DNA of 32,000 nt from Bifidobacterium longum subsp. longum JCM 1217 (GTDB lineage Bacteria; Actinomycetota; Actinomycetes; Actinomycetales; Bifidobacteriaceae), in assembly GCF_000196555.1 (NCBI RefSeq), contig NC_015067.1, forward strand, positions 180,001 to 212,000, given 5' to 3'. Position numbers and translations under genes: made by a program. The stretch's first letter is position 1. Every line of letters begins with the position of its first letter. The notes under the pieces are model-generated. The model was given only the letters and a program-made list of their open reading frames with translations. It was not told the origin of the DNA and ran no database searches. Positions 8,069 to 16,332 of this stretch are shown here, in pieces.

Positions 8069-8239
8069 ATGAAAGTCAATAAGGATGGCACCTTCTCCGG
8101 CTCCTACCACGACTCGGATATGGGAGCCACGGGAGACGGCTATCTCATAGGAAACGACGTCGATACGCTGAACGGCAAAGCATTGCTCAACGTGACGAGC
8201 GGAGCGGATAAGGGATACACGTTCTACGATTTCTCGTAG
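8069..8239 (+). CDS. possible small protein (56 aa), below the ORF-track length cutoff
   Basis: ATG 8069 is the first possible start after an in-frame TGA at 7979-7981, with GGGGA upstream. The product is MKVNKDGTFSGSYHDSDMGATGDGYLIGNDVDTLNGKALLNVTSGADKGYTFYDFS, ending at TAG 8237-8239. Codon third positions look coding-like. No family was recognised. Confidence 0.3.
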   Translation: MKVNKDGTFSGSYHDSDMGATGDGYLIGNDVDTLNGKALLNVTSGADKGYTFYDFS

Positions 8240-8329
8240 TGATTCAGCTGCCGTGCGGAGCGGCGGGGAACGTGAAGGACCGGCGCGTATGCTGTGCGAA
8301 ACAGCATTACGTCCCTAGACTGGTGAGGC

Positions 8330-9796
8330 ATGACGAACCTGCGATTCCGCGAAGACGGCAGCTTCCGCGTGCTGCAGATGGCCGACATCCAAGACGGCCC
8401 CAACGTACTCCCCGATACCATCCGCCTTATCCGTGAGGCCATTCGCAAAGCCGACCCGGATCTGGTGGTGTTCACCGGCGACCAGATTCGCGGTTACGAT
8501 CCTGCCTACATCGACACTTTCCTGCGCCGCCGTGGCGAGGAACCGGGCGCTCGCGTGCGTGCGGTCACCGAAGTCGAGGCCAAGCTGCGCGGAATCAAGC
8601 GGCGGGCCAGAAACCGCGTGAACAATCGTCTGCTGGCCATGAAGTCTGACGGCAGCAATCCCGACGTCCAACAAACCGCGTCCACCGCGTCCACCACGTC
8701 CACGCTGGTCTACTCCACAACATCCGATCCACAGGATGTGCCGACGACTTTGGACGAGCTCATGGACGAGACCCGTGACAAAGTCCGCCGCACGTTTGCC
8801 GGCTTCCTTGGCCCGGTCATCGAAGCGGAAGTGCCGTTCGCCGCCACCTACGGCAATCACGATTTCCAGTGCGGCATCCTGGCCGACGAGCAGGACGGCA
8901 TCTACCGCGAATTCCCCGGCTGCCTGAACCCGGTCGACAGCCTCGAGCCAGGCACTTTTGCCCTGCCCATTGAGGCTTCCGACGGATCCGGGCGCGTAGC
9001 TATGTCCGTCATGATGGTGAATTCCGGCGATTACGCCGGCAAGCCTGAAGAGAACGACGCCCAATACCCGGCCTATGTGGTCAATCCGCGCGGTCTTGAT
9101 TTGGCTGATTCCGATGGGTATGGCACGCCAAGCCCCGAGGCGATCGATTGGCTGGGAGCCGTACAGTCCGAACTTGGCGAACGCAACGGCGACGGTAAGC
9201 CGGTGCCTGCCATCGCCTTCCAGCACATTCCGCCGCAGGAATTCTACGATTGCCTCAAAGAGGTTCCCGCATGGACGCCGAACGCGGTGGAAGGCGCACG
9301 TACCCACGCCGGCCATTGCTACGTGCTCAACCATGAGATTTGCCGGCCGGGATCGCGGCTGGGTGAGGCGATTGGCTGTGCGGACGAGAACGTCGGTGAA
9401 GTGGACGCCTTGCGTGAGGCAGGCGGCTACTTCGCGCTGTTCTGCGGTCACGATCACAAGAACGCCTTCGTGGGCCACGCGCATGGCATTGATTTGGGCT
9501 ACGCGCCTACCTGCGGATTCGAATGCTATGGTCCCAAGTCGCGCTATCGCGGCATCCGCCTGTTCGAATTCCATGAAAGCAACCCGGCCGGCTACGTGAC
9601 CCGCATGCTCACCTGGGGTGATCTGGTGGGCCGATACTCCAGCAACGAGGTGCGCGTCTGGTTCGAGGACCACTGCGTGACCGGTGCCATCAGCATGCGT
9701 AACGAATTGCGCCGCCCGCAGGTATTCGCAGTGCTGTCCGGTGCCATGAGCCTCGGTTTTATGGCCGTCATCCGCTCGTTGGTGAAGAAGCGGTGA
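8330..9796 (+). CDS. metallophosphoesterase (calcineurin-like), C-terminally membrane-anchored
   Basis: 488 aa, with GGTGAGG before ATG 8330. Motifs: VLQMADIQD, VVFTGDQIRG, ATYGNHDF, FQHIPP, FCGHDHKN. The C-terminal TM is VFAVLSGAMSLGFMAVIRSL. Confidence 0.85.
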   Translation: MTNLRFREDGSFRVLQMADIQDGPNVLPDTIRLIREAIRKADPDLVVFTGDQIRGYDPAYIDTFLRRRGEEPGARVRAVTEVEAKLRGIKRRARNRVNNRLLAMKSDGSNPDVQQTASTASTTSTLVYSTTSDPQDVPTTLDELMDETRDKVRRTFAGFLGPVIEAEVPFAATYGNHDFQCGILADEQDGIYREFPGCLNPVDSLEPGTFALPIEASDGSGRVAMSVMMVNSGDYAGKPEENDAQYPAYVVNPRGLDLADSDGYGTPSPEAIDWLGAVQSELGERNGDGKPVPAIAFQHIPPQEFYDCLKEVPAWTPNAVEGARTHAGHCYVLNHEICRPGSRLGEAIGCADENVGEVDALREAGGYFALFCGHDHKNAFVGHAHGIDLGYAPTCGFECYGPKSRYRGIRLFEFHESNPAGYVTRMLTWGDLVGRYSSNEVRVWFEDHCVTGAISMRNELRRPQVFAVLSGAMSLGFMAVIRSLVKKR

Positions 9797-9883
9797 CGAC
9801 CATAAAACCGGTCAATACATCAATTCTGCTGATACGGCCTGAATGCGGAATAGGTGGCATCCTCGTCGTATAGCAGGTTATCG

Positions 9884-10140
9884 GGCTCTTCCGATTTTGG
9901 CGTGTAGGGGCATGTGTCAGAGGTGGGTTTGGATGGCGTGTCTGAAGCCGCCGGCGTGCAGCAGGCTTCTGGTGATGTAGTTGTCGAGGTTTGCGGAATC
10001 CCAGGGCTATGCCCCTGAGGGTCTCGAGCCTTCCGTTGATGGCCTCGGTGGGCCCGTTCGCGCTGTGCTCCCAGTCGAAGAACGCGAGGACGTCGCCCAT
10101 GCGCCCCCACGCATAGCTGTAAGTAGTAGTGCTGCGTCGG
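9884..10140 (-). mobile_element. ISL3-family insertion sequence remnant: 3' end of the transposase gene (frameshifted) plus terminal inverted repeat
   Basis: The minus-strand translation from 10100 reads MGDVLAFFDWEHSANGPTEAINGRLETLRGIALGFR. Removing one A from the A-run (+ strand TTT 9990-9992) continues it as NLDNYITRSLLHAGGFRHAIQTHL*, with the stop at 9917-9919. This is the FD...SNGP.E..N...K....GFRN C-terminal signature of ISL3 transposases. The element end GGCTCTTCCGATTTTGG (9884-9900) matches ISL3-type terminal IRs as I remember them (GGCTCTTCCGTTTTT in IS31831). No transposase-like sequence is seen beyond about 10140, so the left boundary is approximate. Confidence 0.7.
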
Positions 10141-10287
10141 AACGCTAAGTGTGCTGGCGTATTGTGAGATGAACGGGATGTTGGAATGGGCCGTCGCTAG
10201 GATAGAGGAAGTTATGCATGTTACCAATGCGTAAACGAATATCCAATAAGCGATTGTATGAATGGTTCACACAGTAAAGGAGGAACA

Positions 10288-12204
10288 ATGGGTCAGGATC
10301 AATCATCCGTTTTTGATCTCGCAGCGGTAGCCGCAGCGTCCAATGGGGGGAACAACGACCCGCTGCTGCCTCCGGCGCGATTCATTGGCGATCCGCAGAA
10401 GCCGAGTCGTATGCCGTACAACAAGTACGCCGCCTACGACAAGCAGATCCCGTTTGATTACCCGGAGCGTACGTGGCCGGGCAAGCGACTGCAGCGCGCG
10501 CCGCGCTGGTGCTCCGTCGATCTTCGCGACGGCAATCAGGCCCTCGTCAACCCGATGGATTCCGAGCGCAAGCTGCGTTTCTGGAACCTGCTCGTCTCCA
10601 TGGGATTCAAGGAGATCGAGGTGGGCTTCCCGTCCGCTTCCGAGACCGATTTCGACTTCATCCGTATGCTCATCGAGCGTGAGCTGATTCCGGACGACGT
10701 GACCATCGTGGTACTCACCCAGTGCCGCGAGCACCTCATCCGCCGCACTTACGAGGCGCTCAAGGGTGCCAAGCGCGCCATCGTGCACTTCTACAACTCC
10801 GTGTCTGTGTTGCAGCGCGAGGTCGTGTTCCGCAAGAACAAGGAGGAGATCAAGAAGCTCGCCACCGACGCCGCCGAACTGTGCAAGGACCTCGAGAACG
10901 AGGCCAAGGGCATCGACCTGTACTACGAGTACTCGCCGGAATCCTTCACCGGCACCGAGCCGGAGTACGCCGTCGAGGTGTGCAACGCCGTGATCGGTGT
11001 TATCAAGCCGACTCCCGAGCACCCGATGGTCATCAACCTGCCCGCCACCGTGGAAATGACCACGCCGAACGTGTTCGCCGACGAAGTGGAGTACGTCTCC
11101 ACCCACCTCGACGACCGTGACTCCGTGGTGCTCTCCCTCCACCCGCACAACGACGAAGGCATGGGCGTGGCCGCCACCGAGCTGGCCGTGCTGGCCGGCG
11201 CCGACCGCGTGGAAGGCTGCCTGCTGGGCAACGGCGAGCGTACCGGCAACGTCGACTTGGTCACGCTGGGCCTCAACTGGCTCACCCAAGGCATCGACCC
11301 GCAGCTTGACCTGTCCAACGTGCCCGAGATTCGCAAGACGGTTGAGTACTGCAACCAGATCAAGATTTCCGAGCGTCACCCGTACGCCGGCAACTTCGTG
11401 TTCACTGCGTTCTCCGGCTCGCATCAGGACGCCATCAAGAAGGGTCTCGAGGCTCGTCAGGTGGCCGCCGAGCGTGCTGGCGCCGATCTCGACAGCTTCG
11501 TGTGGCTTGTGCCGTACCTGCCGATCGACCCGAAGGACATCGGCCGTACGTACGAAGCCATCATTCGCGTCAACTCGCAGTCCGGCAAGGGCGGCATGGC
11601 CTACCTGCTCAAGACCAACCACAATCTTGACCTGCCCAAGCGTCTGCAGATCGAATTCGACAAGATCGTGCAGAACTACGCTGACACGACCAAGAAGGAA
11701 GTCAAGGACGAGGATATCTGGCGTCTGTTCAAGGACGAGTACCTGCCGGTCGAACAGTCCGGCATGACCGCCGCCGGTGTGGTTGTGGGCGATACTCATG
11801 ACGCCTCGCTCGTGCCGTGGGGCCGCTTGAAGCTGCTCAAGGTGGCCGTCAGCTCCGGTGAGGATGGCTCCGACACCGTGCTCAAGGCTCGTCTGCTCGA
11901 CCGCGGCGTGAACGTCGGGGTCGATGCGCCCGTGGAGCGCGAGGTCTCCGGCATCGGCAACGGTCCGATCGCCGCTTTCCTCAACGCCATTTCCAACTTT
12001 GGCGTTGACGCCTCGATTATGGATTACGTGGAGCACACCATGTCCGTCGGCACCGACGCCATGGCCGCCTCGTACGTGGAATGCCAGGTCGGCGAGGCCG
12101 ATGACGCGCAGATCGTGTGGGGCGTCGGCATCGATTCGTCGATTACCACTAGCGCCCTGAAGTCGATTATCTCCGCCATCAACCGTTTCCAGCGCAAGCG
12201 CTGA
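10288..12204 (+). CDS. leuA: 2-isopropylmalate synthase (long actinobacterial form)
   Basis: AAGGAGG lies 6 nt before ATG 10288, whereas the track start 10258 has no RBS. Motifs: SVDLRDGNQAL, HPHNDEGMGVA, GNGERTGN, and a C-terminal LeuA dimerisation/regulatory domain. About 638 aa. Confidence 0.95.
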   Translation: MGQDQSSVFDLAAVAAASNGGNNDPLLPPARFIGDPQKPSRMPYNKYAAYDKQIPFDYPERTWPGKRLQRAPRWCSVDLRDGNQALVNPMDSERKLRFWNLLVSMGFKEIEVGFPSASETDFDFIRMLIERELIPDDVTIVVLTQCREHLIRRTYEALKGAKRAIVHFYNSVSVLQREVVFRKNKEEIKKLATDAAELCKDLENEAKGIDLYYEYSPESFTGTEPEYAVEVCNAVIGVIKPTPEHPMVINLPATVEMTTPNVFADEVEYVSTHLDDRDSVVLSLHPHNDEGMGVAATELAVLAGADRVEGCLLGNGERTGNVDLVTLGLNWLTQGIDPQLDLSNVPEIRKTVEYCNQIKISERHPYAGNFVFTAFSGSHQDAIKKGLEARQVAAERAGADLDSFVWLVPYLPIDPKDIGRTYEAIIRVNSQSGKGGMAYLLKTNHNLDLPKRLQIEFDKIVQNYADTTKKEVKDEDIWRLFKDEYLPVEQSGMTAAGVVVGDTHDASLVPWGRLKLLKVAVSSGEDGSDTVLKARLLDRGVNVGVDAPVEREVSGIGNGPIAAFLNAISNFGVDASIMDYVEHTMSVGTDAMAASYVECQVGEADDAQIVWGVGIDSSITTSALKSIISAINRFQRKR

Positions 12205-12220
12205 GCGCTAGCAGAGCAAA

Positions 12221-12259
12221 AACAAGGCTCCCTCTGATTGCATCAGAGGGAGCCTTGTT
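12221..12259. terminator. bidirectional rho-independent terminator between leuA and the PBP gene
   Basis: AACAAGGCTCCCTCTGAT-tgc-ATCAGAGGGAGCCTTGTT forms an 18-bp perfect stem. It is preceded by gcaaaa and followed by gtctgtgtttt. Confidence 0.85.
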
Positions 12260-12275
12260 GTCTGTGTTTTACTTA

Positions 12276-14681
12276 CTACTGGGTGACGCCGTTGGTGCCG
12301 GTGTTCCCGCCGGTGCCTCCGGAATTACCATTATCGTTGCCGGTATTGTTCCCGTTGTCACCGCCGGTATTGTTGCCGGCGTTGCCATCTCCGCCGGTAG
12401 TGGTGCCGGGATAATTCGGGCACTCGGTGGAATAGCTCGGATTGGCGAGGCACTGCTGGGCGAACTCCTGAGCCTGCTGTTGCTTCTTGGCTTCCTCTTC
12501 GGCCGCCTTCTGCTGTGCGTCCTGCTCAGCCTGCTTCTGCGCGTCTTCGGTGGACTGCTTGTTGGTGTTGTTGGACAGGCCGCTGCTCTGTCCCTTGCCC
12601 AAGCCCCAAGTGCCGTCGGAGCCGCCGATCTTGCCGTTGTCTTTAGCGGTCGGGAACTGCTCCGCCTCGGTGCCTTGCAAGGCCTGAGCCATGAACTCCT
12701 GGAACAGGTGGGCGGGGTATCCAGTGGAAGAGACGCCGTATCCGGAGAAGGCTGGCACCACTTGCGGATTGCCCTTATCGTCCGGATTCCAGATAGCCCA
12801 CACATTCATCATGCTGGGGGTGTATCCCACGAACGACGAAGCCATTTCGTCGTTGGCGGTACCGGACTTGCCGGCGACGGGCCGGCCCAACATGCTGGAT
12901 GTGCCGGCCGCCGTACCGTACGTGGTGGTGCCCTGCATGGCCTTCTGTACCAAAGCGCAGTCGTTGGCATCGAACACCTTGGTGCCGTTGCTGGGCGCGT
13001 TGTACATGTCCTTATTGTTGGAATCAAGCACTTTGGACACCATGTGCAAGGTGTTCTTCACGCCATTGTTGGCGATGGTCGAATGGCCTTGCGCCAAATC
13101 CCACACGGTCAGGGCGTTGATGCCCAGCACGTTGTACATGGAGTTTTCATCGATATCGCCCTGAATGCCCGCTTCATGGGCGATTGCGGCCGTGCGCTTC
13201 GGCGTCAGATGCTCATTGACGTTCATGAACACCGTGTTCACCGAGTTGGCGGTGGCCTGATACAGATTGATGTTGCCCCAGTTGTTCTCCAGAGCGTTGT
13301 TCACCTCTTGATCCAAGCCGGTGAAGTGCTGGTGGGAATTGCCGTTGAACAATGTATCGAAGCTGACGCCGGATTGCGCGGCCCCCAGCAAAGCGAACGG
13401 CTTCATAGTCGAACCCGGTTCGAATACGGCCTGATCGGCATTGTTGAGCTGCTTGGACAGATAATCTGAACCGGCGTATACGGACAATACTTCACCGGTC
13501 TTCGGGTCCAGCGCTATGCCGCCGATTTGCAGGGATTCAGGCATGTCGTCCAGACGGGTGTCGCCGATGGACTGCATAAGATCCTGCTTGCTCTTGTCGA
13601 TGGTGGTGATGATCTTGTATCCGCCAGTATCCAAATCCTCTTTGGTAAAGGCCTTGGACTGCACCAGCTCGCGGCGCACCATATCCAGCAGATAACCGTT
13701 CGGCCCCGCGTATTCGTTCTGCTGCGCCACCGCGGCGGTCTGCGGGAACTTGGCATCAGTGTGCTGCTTGGCAGTGATGTAACCATCCTCCTGCATGATG
13801 TTCAGCACACGCTTGAAGCGCGATTTGGCCATATCGGCGTTATCGGCCGGATCCCACGTGGACGGTGACGGAATAATGCCGGCGATCATCGCCGCCTCAG
13901 ACAGCGTCAGATCCTTGGCGTCCTTATTGAAGTATGCCTTGGCCGCTGCCTGGATACCGTAGGAGTTGCGGCCCAGATAGATGGTGTTCATGTAATTGCA
14001 CAGCACCTCGTCCTTGGATTCGGTCTGCGCGATTTTGATGGCCATGATGGCCTCGCGCGCCTTGCCCACATAGGATGTGGTTTCGCCCATGTAATACCGC
14101 TCGGCATACTGCTGAGTGATGGTGGAACCACCTTGGCGCGTGCCCTTGGTCACATTATTAATGAATGCGCGGGCGATGCCCTTCAGATCAAGGCCTTTAT
14201 CCGTGTAGAACGTACGGTTTTCGGACGCCACAATCGCGTTGCCGATGTAGTCCGGCAGCCCCTCGCAAGAGATGATTTCACGATTCTGCTCCGCGTAGGA
14301 GCCGATCGCGGTGGTGCCGTCCGCGTAATACACGGTGGTTTTCTCGGCCAACGCGAACTTCTCGGGTTGCGGGACCTCAGTGGTGGTGTACAGGTATGCG
14401 AATACTGCGATACCGGCCAGCAAGCCCAGTCCAATCAGGGAGAAGAAGATGCCCAGCACCCATTTCAGTACACGGTGCTTGCCTTTTCCTGTGTTCTTTT
14501 TCTTCCTGTTCGGGGCTCGATGGCTATTGGAAGCCTTGTGGCTTGCGTGGCGGGAACGGCTCTCCTGGGGCGTATAGGGGCCCTCCTGTGCGGAGTGGCC
14601 GGCTCTGCTTTGCGCGGTGCGCGGTTGCCTCAGAGCGGGGCCATTGCCTCCCGAATGTGCACGACGAGTATAAGAAGCCAT
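12276..14681 (-). CDS. class A penicillin-binding protein (glycosyltransferase GT51 + transpeptidase)
   Basis: The open frame extends to GTG 14735. I prefer ATG 14681 (MASYTRRAH...) because it has GGTGGA upstream. The protein has a basic N-terminus and one TM (WVLGIFFSLIGLGLLAGIAVFAYL). GT51 motifs are ENRTFYTDKGLD and GGSTITQQYAE. Transpeptidase motifs are STMKPF (SxxK), SVN (SxN) and GKSGT (KTG-like). The last ~103 aa form a low-complexity tail. Confidence 0.9.
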   Translation of the reverse strand: MASYTRRAHSGGNGPALRQPRTAQSRAGHSAQEGPYTPQESRSRHASHKASNSHRAPNRKKKNTGKGKHRVLKWVLGIFFSLIGLGLLAGIAVFAYLYTTTEVPQPEKFALAEKTTVYYADGTTAIGSYAEQNREIISCEGLPDYIGNAIVASENRTFYTDKGLDLKGIARAFINNVTKGTRQGGSTITQQYAERYYMGETTSYVGKAREAIMAIKIAQTESKDEVLCNYMNTIYLGRNSYGIQAAAKAYFNKDAKDLTLSEAAMIAGIIPSPSTWDPADNADMAKSRFKRVLNIMQEDGYITAKQHTDAKFPQTAAVAQQNEYAGPNGYLLDMVRRELVQSKAFTKEDLDTGGYKIITTIDKSKQDLMQSIGDTRLDDMPESLQIGGIALDPKTGEVLSVYAGSDYLSKQLNNADQAVFEPGSTMKPFALLGAAQSGVSFDTLFNGNSHQHFTGLDQEVNNALENNWGNINLYQATANSVNTVFMNVNEHLTPKRTAAIAHEAGIQGDIDENSMYNVLGINALTVWDLAQGHSTIANNGVKNTLHMVSKVLDSNNKDMYNAPSNGTKVFDANDCALVQKAMQGTTTYGTAAGTSSMLGRPVAGKSGTANDEMASSFVGYTPSMMNVWAIWNPDDKGNPQVVPAFSGYGVSSTGYPAHLFQEFMAQALQGTEAEQFPTAKDNGKIGGSDGTWGLGKGQSSGLSNNTNKQSTEDAQKQAEQDAQQKAAEEEAKKQQQAQEFAQQCLANPSYSTECPNYPGTTTGGDGNAGNNTGGDNGNNTGNDNGNSGGTGGNTGTNGVTQ

Positions 14682-15057
14682 GGTGTCCACCGTAACTGTT
14701 GGCCTTGAACAATCGTTTGACGTGAGCGTAGCCACACGCGTTTATGCCGGTATTTTTCCGGAATTCTTACAATTGGGCACGCTTCTTGATGCTGCATGAA
14801 TATTGCCTGAATGCGCTGGTTGGCCTGTCGTGCGACCCGGCGCGCACGTTTCGTGTCGCTGCGCTGGTCCATACGTCTCCATAGACTTATCCCCAGCCTC
14901 CACGCGGCGCTATGTCACCCAACTCCCCCAGGGCAGGAATGCAGCAAGGGTAAGTGGCCTCTGACGGGTGCGTGGAGGTTTTCTTTATGTGCGGATTTGG
15001 CTGTGAGCTGGCACTAGCGTGGTCCCCTGTCCGGGGCGCGGCCGTACAGTCGAACGT

Positions 15058-16209
15058 ATGAATGACGCACAGACCCCTAGAATTCGCGACCCGCATGCGG
15101 CGGTCAATCTGGTCGGCTCAGGCGCAGCACAGCCTGACTCGTCGTCGAACGTTGTTGACCCATTGGCTGCGCTCGGCCCGGTCTCCGGTTCAGATGCATC
15201 GGCATCCACATCAGGCTCCTTACGGGATTTCAGGCCGCTGGACATGGACGATGCGGATGGGGCATCTGATATCGACCGCGGCTTGGCCCGGCTTGACCCG
15301 CTTACCGTGCGCCCGCGAATCTCCAGCCGCGTACTGTGCGTGGTATTCGGTCTGCTCCTGATCGCTATCGGCTTCGGCGTGTGGTGGGGGTGCGTGTTTA
15401 CCGAAAACGGACAATCGTACGACGAACTGGTCTGGAAAAACCTGCACAACGATGTACCGTCCTGGGCCACCGGCGTGATGAACGCCGTCGCACAATCCTG
15501 GCTGGTTATCGCTGTCAGCTGCACAATTGCCGCAATCGGCATTATTACGGCGCTGATTCGACGCCGCTGGTGGTTGGCCGGGCAAATCGCCGTGTTCGCC
15601 GTGGTCTGCTTGGCCGTCACCCGTATCAAGGGTCTGTTGCCGCGTCCGTTCATCATCAACACTGAATCGCCTGCCGCTAATTCCGCGCCTTCCGGTCACA
15701 CGATGCTGGCCGCAGCCTGTGCGGTGATTCTGCTGCTTACCGTGCCTCGTGCGGTTCGAGCTTTGGCGGGCGTCATCGGCGTGGTTTGGGCGGTGACCGT
15801 CGGTGTCTCCGTGATATACGGACAATGGCATCGCCCTTCGGATGTGGCGATGTCCATCCTGCTGGTGGCGGGATTGGCCCTGCTCGCTCTGGCAGTTACG
15901 CGCAAGTCCGGCATGGACGAGCCGGGTCGCCGCGTCTCCTCAGTGAGCGTGCAAATCGTCGGCAGCGTGCTGATTACCGGGGGCCTGCTGTTGCTCGCCT
16001 ACAGCGGTTATGTGATCTGGCAGGTGGTGCCGGGGCTCAATGTCAGCGCCAGCTGGGCGGTTCAGGGGGCGAATGTCAGCGCTGTTGTGGGCATTGCGGG
16101 TGTGGCCATGCTCGCATTCGGACTGTTGCTGGCCCTGCGTCAGATCACTGCAGCGCCCTTAAGCCGGCTGGGTCTGATCGGCGCTCCGCCGGCACCGCCC
16201 AAACGGTAA
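15058..16209 (+). CDS. PAP2-family membrane phosphatase
   Basis: The open frame starts at GTG 15019, and ATG 15058 (MNDAQTP...) was chosen. It has multiple TM segments. The PAP2 motifs are RIKGLLPRP (KxxxxxxRP), APSGHT (PSGH) and QWHRPSDV (SRxxxxxHxxxD-like). Confidence 0.8.
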   Translation: MNDAQTPRIRDPHAAVNLVGSGAAQPDSSSNVVDPLAALGPVSGSDASASTSGSLRDFRPLDMDDADGASDIDRGLARLDPLTVRPRISSRVLCVVFGLLLIAIGFGVWWGCVFTENGQSYDELVWKNLHNDVPSWATGVMNAVAQSWLVIAVSCTIAAIGIITALIRRRWWLAGQIAVFAVVCLAVTRIKGLLPRPFIINTESPAANSAPSGHTMLAAACAVILLLTVPRAVRALAGVIGVVWAVTVGVSVIYGQWHRPSDVAMSILLVAGLALLALAVTRKSGMDEPGRRVSSVSVQIVGSVLITGGLLLLAYSGYVIWQVVPGLNVSASWAVQGANVSAVVGIAGVAMLAFGLLLALRQITAAPLSRLGLIGAPPAPPKR

Positions 16210-16332
16210 AACATGGGGTGCGAACGGCCGAATTTGCCCGGCACAACGGCGGAATTTGGCAGTTGGACATGATTCATGAGTATTATGACGCCAGAAACGT
16301 CGTGTGTTTCGCGCAATACATAAGGAGTGGGT

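Noticed and set aside
10141-10287. A leucine leader peptide or attenuator upstream of leuA.
   Set aside because: The only mini-ORFs are MNGMLEWAVA and MHVTNA. There is no Leu codon run and no terminator hairpin before the leuA RBS.
10303-12036. A 577-aa ORF on the minus strand, entirely inside leuA.
   Set aside because: It is antisense to an unmistakable leuA frame. The composition is dominated by His/Val/Gly/Leu/Asp/Arg, as expected when GC-rich codons are read in reverse. It has no RBS or recognisable motif. This is a classic high-GC shadow ORF.
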